NCBI GenBank assembly: GCA_963782055.1
Contig: CAWAIF010000002.1
Location: 128,001-192,000 of the forward strand
DNA: 64,000 nucleotides
Origin: an uncultured delta proteobacterium
Lineage (GTDB): Bacteria > Myxococcota_A > Polyangia > Polyangiales > Polyangiaceae
Direction of reading: 5' to 3'
The notes beneath the pieces are model-generated. The model ran no database searches. It was given only the letters and a program-made list of their open reading frames with translations, and was not told the DNA's origin. How positions within the stretch are numbered: the stretch's first letter is position 1; each line of letters opens with the position of its first letter. Below are positions 36,348 to 47,440 of the stretch, in pieces. The position numbers and the translations under genes are program-made.

Positions 36348-37547
36348 GTGGCGTGCGTCCGGACTCGCGGTCTAGGAGGGCGAAGGCTCGCGGGCGCGGC
36401 GCTGCTCCTCGCGCTCGCCGCGGCGTGCGGGTGGGCCCGGCCCGCTGCGGCGGACGACTCTGCGGGCGAGGACGCGCTGGCGCGCGCGCGCTTCCTGGAT
36501 CAGCAGGGCGTGCGCGCCTACGCCGAGGGCCGCTACCTGGACGCGGCGACCCTCTTCCGCGAGGCGTATCGCTCCGGGGGCCCGCCGAGCGAGCTGTGGA
36601 ACATCGCCAAGTGCCACCTGAAGATGGACGACGGTCGCGGCGCGGAGGCCAACCTGCGGGAGTACCTGGCGCAGGACGGTCTGAGCGCCGGCGACAGGGC
36701 CGAGGGCGAGCGCATGCTGGCCGAGGTGGAGAGTCGCCCGTCCACCTTCGTCGTCGCCTCCGACCCCGACGGGGCGACCGTCTACGTCGACGGCACGCCC
36801 GTCGGCACGACGCCGCTCACCACCACCATCGCCTCCGGCGACCACGACGTGCGCGTGGCGCGCGCGGACGCGCCGCCCCACGACGACCACGTCCGCGCGC
36901 GCGACGGCGCGCCGGTGGTGCTGAGCGTCCCGCTGCGAGGCGGCGGCCCCGACCGCGGCGAGCCCCGGCGCGGCCCGCGTCGCTTCTCGGTGCAGCTCGG
37001 CCTGGGGCCGAACATCGGCGTGCACGGCGCCGACGGCCCGCACCTCTTCGTCGTCGGCTCGCTCGCCGTCGGCTACTCCTTCTGGGTCAGCCGCTCCGCC
37101 CTCCTCGGCGTGGCGCTGCGTGCGGCGCTGACGGGCGACCAGTGGACCACCACCCCGGGCGTGCCCAACACCACCGCCGGGTGCACCCCCCCCGCCGACT
37201 TCGCCGGCGCGGAGGTGGAGCTCACGCCCGTGCTCTACGGCGCGGTGCGCGTCGGCCGCGTCTCGGTGGGCGCCAAGCTGGGCGTGGGCGCGTCGCTCTA
37301 CTCCACCGGCACACCCATCGGAGGCGACCTCTTCTATCCCGCGTGCGACGCCTCGCCTGGTCCGGTGGTGGACGTCTACGGCGGCCTGGAGATCTCCCTC
37401 CCTGTGACGCCGGCGTTCCGCGTGGTGGTCGCCCCGCTCGAGGTGGACGGCCACGCCGCGTTCGACGGCGCGCGCACCACGCCGCTGGACGTGACCGGCC
37501 CGTGGCTGCGCTTCGCCAGCACCATCGGCGCGGCCGTCGACTTTTGA
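36348..37547 (+). CDS. TPR + PEGA domain protein with C-terminal beta-rich domain
   Basis: Signal peptide; TPR-like helices; SDPDGATVYVDG..VGTTP. Confidence 0.82.
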   Translation: MACVRTRGLGGRRLAGAALLLALAAACGWARPAAADDSAGEDALARARFLDQQGVRAYAEGRYLDAATLFREAYRSGGPPSELWNIAKCHLKMDDGRGAEANLREYLAQDGLSAGDRAEGERMLAEVESRPSTFVVASDPDGATVYVDGTPVGTTPLTTTIASGDHDVRVARADAPPHDDHVRARDGAPVVLSVPLRGGGPDRGEPRRGPRRFSVQLGLGPNIGVHGADGPHLFVVGSLAVGYSFWVSRSALLGVALRAALTGDQWTTTPGVPNTTAGCTPPADFAGAEVELTPVLYGAVRVGRVSVGAKLGVGASLYSTGTPIGGDLFYPACDASPGPVVDVYGGLEISLPVTPAFRVVVAPLEVDGHAAFDGARTTPLDVTGPWLRFASTIGAAVDF

Positions 37548-37620
37548 GCCGGCGCCCCCGGTTTGGCCGTAGAGTACCGGCCCGCCGGCCGCATTTCGGA
37601 CCGGACGCAGCAGGTCGCTC

Positions 37621-38280
37621 GTGATCGCCACGCTCTTCGATTTCAACGGCGTCCTCGTCGACGACGAGCTCGTCCACATGGAGGCGTTCCGCGAGGTGCT
37701 CGCCCCTCGCGGGGTGGTCCTGGAGGAGGCGCAGTACGTGGAGCGCTATCTCGGCTTCGACGACGCCGGCGCCTTCCGCGCCATCCTGACCGACCGCGGG
37801 ATGCCCGCCACCGACGCCGAGATCGCCGCGCTCATCGAGGCGAAGAAGCCGGTCTACATGCGCCGGATCGAGGGCTCGCTGCGCGTCTTCCCCGGCGCGA
37901 GGGAGATCGTCGCGCGCCGCGCCGCGCGCGGGACGGTGGGGATCGTCTCCGGCGCCCTCCGCCACGAGATCGAGCACTGCCTCGGGATCATGGGCGTGCG
38001 CGAGCACGTGGCCTTCATCGTCTCCGCGGAGGACACCACCGCCTGCAAGCCGGATCCGCAGGGCTACCTCCTGGGCGTCGCGCGGCTGCCCGCCGGCGCG
38101 CGGGCGGTCGCGGTGGAGGACTCCCTCGCCGGCGTGCGCGCGGCCAGGGCCGCCGGCCTGCGGTGCGCGGCGGTCACGCACGCCTACCCGGCCGGGCGGC
38201 TGCGCGACGCCGGCGCGTTCGTCGCGGTCGCCACCCTCGTGGATCTGGACGACGCGAAGCTGGACGGGGGAGACGCTTGA
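37621..38280 (+). CDS. HAD-family phosphatase
   Basis: LFDFNGVLVD, IVSG, KPDP, VEDSLAGV. Confidence 0.92.
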   Translation: MIATLFDFNGVLVDDELVHMEAFREVLAPRGVVLEEAQYVERYLGFDDAGAFRAILTDRGMPATDAEIAALIEAKKPVYMRRIEGSLRVFPGAREIVARRAARGTVGIVSGALRHEIEHCLGIMGVREHVAFIVSAEDTTACKPDPQGYLLGVARLPAGARAVAVEDSLAGVRAARAAGLRCAAVTHAYPAGRLRDAGAFVAVATLVDLDDAKLDGGDA

Positions 38281-39407
38281 TAGGTCAATGGATCGCCGGC
38301 GGCTTCCTCGCCGCGCTCGCCGCCACCGGCCCCATGCCCGGCGCCGACGGCTGGCGCGCGGCCGGGCTGGATGCGATCCGCGGCGTCACCATCGGCCCCA
38401 TCGAGAACGGCTACCACCCCGGAAAGGGCTACGGCACCGCGGCGTACGATCGCTCCCTCCAGGAGTGCCGGGCGCTCGGCGCCACGTGGGTGGCGATCAC
38501 CCCCTTCGGCCGCGTCAACGATCTCTCGGGCACCGGCGTGGACCTCACCTTCGAGGCGCCCTTCGAGAAGAACCGCGAGGACGTGGCGCGCGCCATCCGC
38601 ATGGCGCACGCGCGCGGCCTGCACGTGATGCTGGTGCCGCACCTCTGGGTGGAGTCCGGCGAGTGGCGCGCGCTCATCGACCCCAAGACCGACGAGGGCT
38701 GGTCGCGATGGACGCGGAGCTACGGCGACTTCGTGCTCACCTGGGCGCGCGTCGCCGAGCAGGAGCACGCCGAGATGTTCAGCGCCGGCGTGGAGCTGCG
38801 AAGCTGGGTGACGAGCGGCCACGCGACCAGCTTCCTGGATCTCATCGACGCGGTGCGCCGCAGCTACCACGGCCTGCTGACCTACTCCGCCAACTGGGAC
38901 GACGTGGACCAGACGATCATCCTGGGCGCGCTGGACGTCATCGGGATCAACGCCTTCTATCCGCTCGCGGACCGCCCCGGCGCGACGGAGGAGGAGCTCT
39001 CCCTGGGCGGCGAGAAGGTACGGGCGAAGGTGCACGACCTGGCGGAGACGTGGCGCAAGCCGGTGCTCTTCACCGAGATCGGCTACACCACGCGCCCCGA
39101 CCCGGCGGTGAAGCCGTGGGAGTGGCCGGACGCGATGAAGGGCGTGCGCGTCGACGAGGTGGCGCAGGCGCAGGCGTATCGCGCGCTGGTGCGCCCGCTG
39201 CTGGGGGAGCCGGACTTCATGGGCTTCTTCGTGTGGCGCGTCTACAGCGACCCGGACGACGTCTCGCAGGAGGCGGAGTGGGGCTTCTCCCCGCGGGGGA
39301 AGCTGGCGGAGCAGGTGGTGCGCGACGCGTTCGCGGCGCGGTGGTCGGGGGACGGCGAGCGGTGGACGGGCTGGCCGATGCGCGCGCTCGTGCCCTGGCC
39401 CCCCTGA
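38277..39407 (+). CDS. GH113-like TIM-barrel glycoside hydrolase
   Basis: TTG start overlapping the HAD stop; GVEL, LTYSANWD, GINAFYPL, LFTEIGY. Confidence 0.8.
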   Translation: MIGQWIAGGFLAALAATGPMPGADGWRAAGLDAIRGVTIGPIENGYHPGKGYGTAAYDRSLQECRALGATWVAITPFGRVNDLSGTGVDLTFEAPFEKNREDVARAIRMAHARGLHVMLVPHLWVESGEWRALIDPKTDEGWSRWTRSYGDFVLTWARVAEQEHAEMFSAGVELRSWVTSGHATSFLDLIDAVRRSYHGLLTYSANWDDVDQTIILGALDVIGINAFYPLADRPGATEEELSLGGEKVRAKVHDLAETWRKPVLFTEIGYTTRPDPAVKPWEWPDAMKGVRVDEVAQAQAYRALVRPLLGEPDFMGFFVWRVYSDPDDVSQEAEWGFSPRGKLAEQVVRDAFAARWSGDGERWTGWPMRALVPWPP

Positions 39408-39488
39408 CGCGGCCTGCGGACCCCGCGCCCGTGAGCGCGCGCCCGCCCGAACTTGGCCCGCCTCCGCGGCCTTCCATACAATCTCCCC

Positions 39489-40490
39489 GTGCGGATCGTG
39501 CGTACTCTCGCGGTGTTTCTCGCCTCCTCGCTCCTCGGCTCCTTCGCCGGGGCGAGCGTGCCGCGCGTGCGTCTCATGCATCCGGTGAAGCTCCCGCCCA
39601 CCGCGGTGCCGCCGCTGGACTCGCCACCCGCCATCGACTCCAGCCTCATCCCCGACCCCGACCCTTACCCGCGCCTCAACCCCACGTGCGACCGCGATCG
39701 CGCCTGGCTCCTCGCCGAGGGGCCGGCCCCGGTGCCCGGCGACGGCCGTCGCTACGTCACCCTCACCTTCGACGACGGGCCCTTCCCGGAGACGACGCCG
39801 GTGGTGCTCGACCTGCTCGCCCGCCACCACGTCACGGCCAACTTCTTCTTCATCGGCAAGTATCTGGTCGGCGACTCCGCGCGCGCCATCGCCTCGCGCG
39901 CGACCGCCCGCGCGGTCGCGGAGGCCGGTCACGTCATCGGCAGCCACACCGAGCACCACGCGCTGCTCACGGTGATGGACGACGACGCCATGCACGCGGA
40001 GATCGACACCGGCCTGGACGCGGTGCAGCGCGCGACCGGCTTGCGCCCGCACTTCTTCCGTCCGCCCTACGGCCGCCTGGACTCCCGCGGGGAGGACGCC
40101 CTCTGCGCGCGCCACCTGGAGCTGGTGCTCTGGAGCGTGGAGGCGGAGGACATGGAGCAGGACGACGTGGGCGCCATGGTCGACCGCCTGGAGACGGAGA
40201 TCGACTTCAACGGCGGCGGCACCGTCCTCTTGCACGACGTCCGCTGGAGCTCGGTGCACGTGCTCGAGCGCCTGCTCACCTGGCTGGACCAGCACGCCTG
40301 GAACCCGGCGCGCCCCGCGGACGTCGGCTATGTCATGGTCGATCTCCCCGACTACCTGCGCGTCACGTCCAGCCACCCGCAGCCCTACGCCGACCGCAAG
40401 GATCTGGAGGATGCGCGCGCCGCCGCCTGGCGCGCCGAGCACCCCAGGGCCGCTGCCCCCAAGCCTGCGGCCCAGGAAGCCGCCCAGTAG
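39489..40490 (+). CDS. Polysaccharide deacetylase (CE4)
   Basis: LTFDDGP, GSHTEHH, FRPPYG, LWSV, VLLHD. Confidence 0.92.
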   Translation: MRIVRTLAVFLASSLLGSFAGASVPRVRLMHPVKLPPTAVPPLDSPPAIDSSLIPDPDPYPRLNPTCDRDRAWLLAEGPAPVPGDGRRYVTLTFDDGPFPETTPVVLDLLARHHVTANFFFIGKYLVGDSARAIASRATARAVAEAGHVIGSHTEHHALLTVMDDDAMHAEIDTGLDAVQRATGLRPHFFRPPYGRLDSRGEDALCARHLELVLWSVEAEDMEQDDVGAMVDRLETEIDFNGGGTVLLHDVRWSSVHVLERLLTWLDQHAWNPARPADVGYVMVDLPDYLRVTSSHPQPYADRKDLEDARAAAWRAEHPRAAAPKPAAQEAAQ

Positions 40491-40527
40491 CGCCGCTTCA
40501 CACCCGCGAGAGGGCCGGGGGGTGAGG

Positions 40528-41211
40528 TCAGCCCGTCGGGCTCTCGCACAGGCGCGCGGCCGGGCCTGTCGTCTCGCCGTCCTTGATCTGCACCGGGCAA
40601 TAGCCGCCCTTGCGGATGTCGTCGATGAGCTCCACCACCGCGCTGTTGGACCACTCCCGCGCCCCGTCGAAGCGCGCGCGGATGATGCCGCGCTTGTCGA
40701 TGATCCACGTCTCGGGGAACAGGTGCGTGCCGAACTTGCCCATCACGACGTTGTCGCCGTCCGGGTCGAAGAGGATCGGGAAGGGGGGCTTCTGCCCGTT
40801 GAGGACCGTCTTGAGGGTGTCGGTCACTTCATCCGGGCCCTGATCGATCGAGATCGCGACGACGGCGGTGTCCGTCCGGTCCTTCAGGATGCGCGCGAGG
40901 TCGGCGATCTCCGGCATCTCCTCGAGGCAGGGGCCGCAGGTGCGCGTCCAGAAGTTGAGCACCACCACCTTGCCGCGGTAGCTGGACAGAGAGACCGACT
41001 TGCCCGTCATGTCCTTGAGGGAGAAGTCGGGCGCCCGGCGGTTGGCGCCGGCGTAGTTGGGGTGCAGCAGGCAGAGCGCCGAGCAGCGCCGCCGCGACTC
41101 GCCCTCGCGGGCGACGGACACGAAGCTGTAGACGAGCACTGCTGCGGCGATGACGAACGCCACGTACGCGGCGAGAGGAGCGGCGCCCTTGCTCGGCTCG
41201 GGAGTGGCCAT
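40528..41211 (-). CDS. TlpA/ResA-like thiol-disulfide oxidoreductase
   Basis: TM anchor; APDFSL, VLNFWTRTCGPC, FPET. Confidence 0.9.
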   Translation of the reverse strand: MATPEPSKGAAPLAAYVAFVIAAAVLVYSFVSVAREGESRRRCSALCLLHPNYAGANRRAPDFSLKDMTGKSVSLSSYRGKVVVLNFWTRTCGPCLEEMPEIADLARILKDRTDTAVVAISIDQGPDEVTDTLKTVLNGQKPPFPILFDPDGDNVVMGKFGTHLFPETWIIDKRGIIRARFDGAREWSNSAVVELIDDIRKGGYCPVQIKDGETTGPAARLCESPTG

Positions 41212-41261
41212 CGGTGCTCCTCTGTATAGTCGCCCGGCGGCGCGCTGTCACACCGGCTCGC

Positions 41262-42761
41262 TCACACCGGGGCGATGGCCAGGCTCCGCCTCGGCCGGGC
41301 CTTCCCCGGCGCCTCGAGCGCGGCGAAGGCACGCTTGTAGGCCGCAAAATCAGCGCCCTGCTCCACCGCCTGGAGCACGGCGAGGCCCTCGGCCTCGGCG
41401 CCCTGCGCCAGCACGTACTCCACCCAGGCCCACTTGGCGCTGGTGGAGCGCACGTCCGCCTTGCCCTTCAGCCCGGAGCGCAGCCGCGCGAGCCGGTCCT
41501 GCACCAGACGCACCCCGGCGAAGGGCTGACCGTCCATCGGCGTGTTGCGCTTGGCGCAGAAGGGCGCGATCCCGAGCGACACCGGCACCACGCGCGACAG
41601 CTCCCCCACGAAGCTCGCGCACTCGTCGATGTCGGCGTCGGTCTCGGTGGGGAGGCCGATCATCAGGTAGAGCTTCAGCCGGTCCATGCCGTGCGCCTTG
41701 GCGAGCGCGGCGCAGCGCTCCAGGTGCTTGACCTTCGCGCGCCGCTCCAGCGACGCGCGCAGCCGCTCCGATGGGCCGTCCATCGCCGTCGTGAGGGTGC
41801 GGTAGCCCCCGCGCTTCAGCGCGCCGACGAGATCGTCGTTCAGCCTGTCCGGCCGCAGCGAGGAGAGCCCCACCTCGCGCCCCTGGTCGGCGAGGGTGTT
41901 CACGATCTGCGCGATACGCGGGTGATCGCTCACGGCCGCGCCGACGAGCCCCACGCGCTTCGCGTCCGGGGGCACCAGCCCCAGGATCGTCTCCATGGGC
42001 ACGAGGCGCATGCCGCCGTTGGTGCTCCGCCGCATGACGCAGTAGGTGCAGGTGCGCGAGCAGCCGCGCTCCGTCTCCACCAGGAACATGTCCTTGAGCA
42101 CCGCGTGCGGGGTGCGGATCGCCGCCCACGCGGGGACCATCTCCGGCGGCGCCTTCGCCACCAGCGGCAGCACCGACCCGTGGTGCTCCGGCACGAAGAC
42201 GTGGGGGATGCGCGCGAGCGCGGCGAGGCGCGCCGCCTTCCCCGCCGTGCCCTCCAGCGTGCGCAGCACCTCCACGACCAGCGCCTCCGCCTCCCCCACC
42301 ACGATGGCGTCGGCGAAGGGCGCGAGCGGCAGCGGGTTGGAGAAGGTGAGCGGCCCGCCGGCGAGGACGAAGGGGTCCTTCTCCCCGCGCTCGTGGCGCA
42401 GCGGCGGGATGCGCGCGGCCTGGAGCATCCGCAGCATGCCGGCCATCTCCAGCTCGTAGGCCACGCTGAAGGCGACGACGGGCAGCTCCTCCATCGGCCG
42501 GAGCGACTCGTAGGTGCGCGGTCGCGACTGCCTGGCGAGGCGGCCCTCCGCATCGTCGTCCAGGAAGACGCGCTCGCACGCCAGGCCGTCGGCCTCCTGG
42601 ATGGCGCGGTAGATGCGCTGGTAGCCGAGCGAGCTCATCCCCGCCGCGTAGGGCGAGGGGTAGGCGAGGGCGACGGTGAAGGGCGCCTGCTTGGGCAGGG
42701 CCCCCACCTCGTCCGCGAGCCGTGTCCGGATCAGCGCGTCCTGTCGCACGACACGCTCCAT
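41262..42761 (-). CDS. Radical SAM protein with N-terminal B12-binding-like domain
   Basis: YPSPYAAGMSSLGYQ, GGP, RGCSRTCTYC (CxxxCxxC), KLYLMIGLP. Confidence 0.9.
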   Translation of the reverse strand: MERVVRQDALIRTRLADEVGALPKQAPFTVALAYPSPYAAGMSSLGYQRIYRAIQEADGLACERVFLDDDAEGRLARQSRPRTYESLRPMEELPVVAFSVAYELEMAGMLRMLQAARIPPLRHERGEKDPFVLAGGPLTFSNPLPLAPFADAIVVGEAEALVVEVLRTLEGTAGKAARLAALARIPHVFVPEHHGSVLPLVAKAPPEMVPAWAAIRTPHAVLKDMFLVETERGCSRTCTYCVMRRSTNGGMRLVPMETILGLVPPDAKRVGLVGAAVSDHPRIAQIVNTLADQGREVGLSSLRPDRLNDDLVGALKRGGYRTLTTAMDGPSERLRASLERRAKVKHLERCAALAKAHGMDRLKLYLMIGLPTETDADIDECASFVGELSRVVPVSLGIAPFCAKRNTPMDGQPFAGVRLVQDRLARLRSGLKGKADVRSTSAKWAWVEYVLAQGAEAEGLAVLQAVEQGADFAAYKRAFAALEAPGKARPRRSLAIAPV

Positions 42762-42813
42762 ACGTCCTGGGCGGCCGGGCGCAAGCAAAACGTGCAATCT
42801 GCACGCATGCTCG

Positions 42814-43404
42814 TCACCGCCGGCTGCTGGGCGCCTCGCTGCGGGTGGTACGCGGTGCGTCGCTGTTGCGGACGCGCGGGGTCGGCGGGTCGGAGGGGAG
42901 CGTCGCGCGGCCGTTGGCCAGCCGGTCGATCTGGCGCATCATGTCGCCGACCAGGGTGCGCAGCGCGAGGATGCTCGCCGCGTGGTCCCGGCTCTCCCCC
43001 GAGCGGCGCCCGCGCCCCGCCGTGGGCGGCTCCCACGAGGCCTTCTCCAGGTCCTCCACCTGCCGGCGCAGCTCCGCCATGCGGGCGTCCTGCACCGTGC
43101 GCTCCTCGTTCAGCTTGGCGAGGGTCTTCTCCAGCTGGGAGACCCGTTGCTCCGCTTGCGTCGCCCGCGCGATGAGCCGGCCGAGGAGCACGTCCAGGTC
43201 CCCCTCCGCCTGCGCGCGTTCCTTCGCGAGCTCCACCTCGACGGAGTTGTTCCGCGGATGGCGCTTGGAGCCCTCCACCTTCGGGAGGTCCGACTCGCTC
43301 ATGCGCCCCCGGCGCGAGGACGCCTCGTTGGGGGGCATGGTATCGACGCGCGGGTCTCGCTTCGCTCGGCCTAGCTTGGTGGTGGGGCGGCGCTGATCGC
43401 TCAT
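42814..43404 (-). CDS. Hypothetical coiled-coil protein
   Basis: Heptad-rich centre (AEQRVSQLEKTLAKL...); start uncertain. Confidence 0.6.
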   Translation of the reverse strand: MSDQRRPTTKLGRAKRDPRVDTMPPNEASSRRGRMSESDLPKVEGSKRHPRNNSVEVELAKERAQAEGDLDVLLGRLIARATQAEQRVSQLEKTLAKLNEERTVQDARMAELRRQVEDLEKASWEPPTAGRGRRSGESRDHAASILALRTLVGDMMRQIDRLANGRATLPSDPPTPRVRNSDAPRTTRSEAPSSRR

Positions 43405-43564
43405 GAGTGGCGGACGACGATGATGCCTCAACTGCGGGGGAGCCCGCCGCTCTTTTTGCGAGCGCGCCCCGGCGTGACGTTCGTGCGAAAAGACGCCCCG
43501 CCCCTGGCGAAAGCGCAGGGTTCCCTACATACTATGGTCCACCTTTTTTTGCGGCGGAGGCTTC

Positions 43565-46135
43565 ATGGCGACGGCTTGGACGTGGGGGGTGCGGCTGGGG
43601 ACGGTGACGGCGGCGCTCTGGCTGGCGGTGGGGGCCGCGACCGGCTGCTCCGACGACAACGGCACCTCGCCCGACGCCGGCCAGCCCGACGCCGGCGGGG
43701 ACGTCACGGCCGACGCGCCCTCGCAGGGGGACATGCTGCCGCCCAACGCTCCGGACAAGGTGACCGAGTGCAACCGTCCGGACATCCCGCCTGCCACCAC
43801 AGGCACGTGCTCCGTCACCGCCGGCACCAAGGGCAAGCTCTTCCGCGGCACCGTGCTCGCCCCGCACGAGGTCCTGCACAAGGGCGAGGTGCTCATCGAC
43901 GACGCCGGCATGATCGTGTGCACCGGCTGCGACTGCTCCAGCTCGCCCGATTACGCCGCGGCCACCGTCGTCGCCTGCGCCGACGGCGTCATCTCCCCCG
44001 GCCTCATCAACCCGCACGATCACATCACCTACGCCAACAACGCGCCGGTCCCGCCCTCGACGGAGCGCTACGACCACCGCAACGAGTGGCGCAAGGGCCT
44101 CAACGGGCACCCGCCCATCTACACCAAGAGCGGCGCCAACACGCAGGTCCAGCTCTACGCCGAGCTGCGCTTCGTCATGAGCGGCGCCACCAGCCTCATC
44201 GCCTCCGGCGGCAAGAAGGGCCTCGCCCGCAACCTGGACGCCAACGACCCGATGCTCCACGAGGGCGTGCCCATCCAGGGCGCGGACTACGACACCTTCC
44301 CGCTCGACGACTCCGACGGCACGATGCTCACCTCCGGCTGCGCGTACGGTTCCCGTCGCACCAAGGCCGCCACGGTCGCGCACGACCAGGCGTACGTCCC
44401 TCACCTCGGCGAGGGCGTCAGCGCCGCGGCCCACAACGAGCTGCTCTGCACCAACAACTCCGCCGGCGACTACAATCTCTTCCAGCCGCCGACGTCCATC
44501 ATCCACTCCGTCGCCGCCCTCCCCGACGACGCCGCGCAGATGCGCACCGACCAGACGCGCATCATCTGGTCCCCGCGCTCCAACCTCTCGCTGTACGGCA
44601 ACACCGCGCCGGTCACCATGTACGACGCCATGGGCGTTCCCATCGCCCTGGGCACCGACTGGATCCCCTCCGGCGGCATGAACATCCTGCGCGAGCTCAC
44701 CTGCGCCGACTCCCTCAACCAGAAGTATTTCGGCAAGCACTTCAGCGACGCCGACCTCTGGCGCATGGTCACCCTGAACGCCGCGTACGCCGGCGGCGCG
44801 GGCGGGGTGCTCGGCGCCCTCAAGCCCGGCTACCTGGCCGACATCTCCATCTTCGACGGCAAGGTCAACAAGGACCACCGCGCGGTGATCGACGCCGGCG
44901 TGGAGGACGTGGTGCTCGTGCTGCGCGGCGGCAAGGTCCTCTACGGGGACGACGCGCTCGTCGCCGACCCGGCCATCGGCGGGCAGAGCTGCGAGTCGAT
45001 GGGCGACGTGTGCGGCCGCGCCAAGCGCGCCTGCGTCGCGCAGGACGTGGGCGGCACCACCACGCTGGCCACCCTGCACGCGGCGGGCGACCCCATCTAC
45101 CCGCTCTACTTCTGCAAGGATCAGACGCCGACGGACGAGCCCACGTGCACGCCCTACCGCGACACCTACCCCAACGGCATCACGGCGACGGACAAGGACG
45201 GCGACGGCATCGACGACGCCTCCGACGACTGCCCCGACGTCTTCAACCCCATCCGCCCGATGGACGACGGCAAGCAGAGCGATCAGGACAGCGACGGCAT
45301 CGGCGACGCGTGCGACAAGTGCCCGCTCGACGCCGCCAACGCCTGCGCCCGGCCCAACGCCCAGGACATCGACGGCGACGGCATCGTCGACGACCTGGAC
45401 GACTGCCCCCGCGTGGCGGACCCGTCGCAGGCGGACGGCGACGGCGACGGCGTGGGCGACGCGTGCGACAGCTGCCCCGTCAAGAACCCCGGCGCGACGC
45501 CGTGCCCGCTCTCCATCGAGACGATTCGCGACCCCAAGGCCGCCAACCACCCGCCGCCCGACGCCATCGTGGTCTTGCCGCCCGCCTACGTGACCGAGTC
45601 GGTCTCCGGCGCCAACGGCGGCTTCTCCATGCAGGACGACACGCTGGCGCCGTACAGCGGCATCTACGTGACGTACGGGTCGGGCGCCTCGTCGATCAAG
45701 CGCGGGAACAAGGTCGTGGTCACCGGCGTCGTCATCGACGGGTTCGGCCTCGGCACCATCATCGCGTCGGACGTGCAGGTGGTCGACTCGGGCACCACCC
45801 TGCCCTTCTCGCCCATCCCGGTCTCCACGCAGGACATCGGGACGGGCGGCCCGCTCGTCGACACCTACCAGAGCATGCTGCTCACGCTCTCCAACGTCAC
45901 CATCACCGACGACATCCCCGACGGCGCGAACAGCAAGTTCTACGAGTTCGTCGTGAACGGGAACGTGCGCATCGACGACCAGTTCTACACGCGCTACGGC
46001 ACGCCCACCAACGGCCCGTACCCGCCCACCGGCTTCACCAAGGGCACGACCTTCACCACGCTCACCGGCGTGCTGGGCTACTCCTTTTACAACTCCAAGC
46101 TCTGGCCCAGGGACTCCGGCGACATCGTTCCCTGA
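43565..46135 (+). CDS. Lipoprotein: amidohydrolase + thrombospondin type-3 repeats + OB-like C-terminal domain
   Basis: AATGC lipobox; [30 protein letters not shown]; DxDGDGI.D..D.CP repeats; GIYV...GNKVVVTG. Confidence 0.85.
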   Translation: MATAWTWGVRLGTVTAALWLAVGAATGCSDDNGTSPDAGQPDAGGDVTADAPSQGDMLPPNAPDKVTECNRPDIPPATTGTCSVTAGTKGKLFRGTVLAPHEVLHKGEVLIDDAGMIVCTGCDCSSSPDYAAATVVACADGVISPGLINPHDHITYANNAPVPPSTERYDHRNEWRKGLNGHPPIYTKSGANTQVQLYAELRFVMSGATSLIASGGKKGLARNLDANDPMLHEGVPIQGADYDTFPLDDSDGTMLTSGCAYGSRRTKAATVAHDQAYVPHLGEGVSAAAHNELLCTNNSAGDYNLFQPPTSIIHSVAALPDDAAQMRTDQTRIIWSPRSNLSLYGNTAPVTMYDAMGVPIALGTDWIPSGGMNILRELTCADSLNQKYFGKHFSDADLWRMVTLNAAYAGGAGGVLGALKPGYLADISIFDGKVNKDHRAVIDAGVEDVVLVLRGGKVLYGDDALVADPAIGGQSCESMGDVCGRAKRACVAQDVGGTTTLATLHAAGDPIYPLYFCKDQTPTDEPTCTPYRDTYPNGITATDKDGDGIDDASDDCPDVFNPIRPMDDGKQSDQDSDGIGDACDKCPLDAANACARPNAQDIDGDGIVDDLDDCPRVADPSQADGDGDGVGDACDSCPVKNPGATPCPLSIETIRDPKAANHPPPDAIVVLPPAYVTESVSGANGGFSMQDDTLAPYSGIYVTYGSGASSIKRGNKVVVTGVVIDGFGLGTIIASDVQVVDSGTTLPFSPIPVSTQDIGTGGPLVDTYQSMLLTLSNVTITDDIPDGANSKFYEFVVNGNVRIDDQFYTRYGTPTNGPYPPTGFTKGTTFTTLTGVLGYSFYNSKLWPRDSGDIVP

Positions 46136-46263
46136 GAAGGACGGCCGCCCACGCGGTGTCCTCCCGGGGCCCTTTTCCCGGGCAATCCGTGGTATCTGCA
46201 AGGTCCGGGTGGATCCGGGCCTCCGGGCCTCGGGGGGCCCGCCCACTCCACGGAGGACCTCGG

Positions 46264-47415
46264 ATGGCGCGCGTGAGCCTGCGTACAGTCCTGCTGGTCG
46301 CCGCGGCGGCGTGCGTCGCGGCGGTCGCCGGCTGCAAGTCCAACAAGAACCAGATCGTGGTGGGGGCCTACCTCTCCCTCTCCGGCCCGGACACCACCTT
46401 CGGCACCGACACCCGCGAGGGCATCGAGCTCGCCCTGGACGAGGTGAACGCGAAGGGGGGCATCAAGGGCAAGAAGGTGAAGGTGCTGTACGAGGACGAC
46501 AAGTCCAACACCAACGAGGCGACCAACAAGGTCCAGCAGCTCATCGACCGCGACCACGCGGTCGCCGTCCTGGGGGAGGTGGCGTCCAGCCGGTCGCTCG
46601 CCGGCGGCCTGGTCTGCAACAAGAAGCACGTGCCGATGGTCACGCCCTCCTCCACGGCGGTCGAGGTGACGAAGGACCGCGAGTGGGTCTTCCGCGTCTG
46701 CTTCACCAACGACCAGGAGGGCGACGTCGCCGCCCGCTTCCTCCACGACACCCTGAAGAAGAAGGACGTGGCCGTCTTCTACGTCGCGCAGGACACCTAC
46801 TCCTCCGGGCTGGCCCAGGCCTTCAAGGACAGCTTCCAGAAGCTGGGCGGGCACATCGTCATCGAGAAGGGCTACCAGAAGGGGGAGACCAACTTCACCA
46901 CGTACCTGGATGACATCAAGGCCGCACACCCGGACGTCATCTACACGCCCGTCTACTACAACGACATGGTGCAGATCGCGCGGGACGCCCACGAGGCGGG
47001 CATCCCCGGCAGCACCTTCTTCGGCGGCGACGCGTGGGACTCGGCGAACCTCATCGAGGGCGCGGGCGGCCTGCTGGAGGGCGCCTACTTCACCGACCTC
47101 TACGCGCCGGACGTGCCGTGGCCGAGCTCGCACGCCTTCCTCTCCGGGTACACCAGGAAGTACGGCCACGCGCCCTCCAGCATGGCGGCGCAGGGCTACG
47201 ACGCCGCGCGCCTCCTCTTCGACGCCATCGGCCGCGCCAGGCAGCCGAAGCCACAGGACATCAAGGACGCCCTGGCGAGCACCAAGGACTTCCAGGGCGC
47301 CACCGGGACCTTGACCATCGACAAGGAGCACAACGCCAACAAGCCGATCGTCGTCGTCCAGATCAAGAACAAGAAGTTCACCTACTCCACGCAGCTCTCC
47401 TCCGCCTCGGAGTGA
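46264..47415 (+). CDS. Branched-chain amino-acid ABC substrate-binding lipoprotein (LivJ/K-like)
   Basis: GGAGG RBS; VAGC lipobox; LSLSG, EDDKS, GEVASS, VFRVCF, QGYDA. Confidence 0.92.
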   Translation: MARVSLRTVLLVAAAACVAAVAGCKSNKNQIVVGAYLSLSGPDTTFGTDTREGIELALDEVNAKGGIKGKKVKVLYEDDKSNTNEATNKVQQLIDRDHAVAVLGEVASSRSLAGGLVCNKKHVPMVTPSSTAVEVTKDREWVFRVCFTNDQEGDVAARFLHDTLKKKDVAVFYVAQDTYSSGLAQAFKDSFQKLGGHIVIEKGYQKGETNFTTYLDDIKAAHPDVIYTPVYYNDMVQIARDAHEAGIPGSTFFGGDAWDSANLIEGAGGLLEGAYFTDLYAPDVPWPSSHAFLSGYTRKYGHAPSSMAAQGYDAARLLFDAIGRARQPKPQDIKDALASTKDFQGATGTLTIDKEHNANKPIVVVQIKNKKFTYSTQLSSASE

Positions 47416-47440
47416 GGGGCGCGGGCGCCGGGACGCACAC

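Noticed and set aside
41262..42761. Radical SAM protein as a RiPP maturase for the small peptides
   Set aside because: No SPASM or RRE features seen, no adjacent precursor, and it resembles a widespread stand-alone family.
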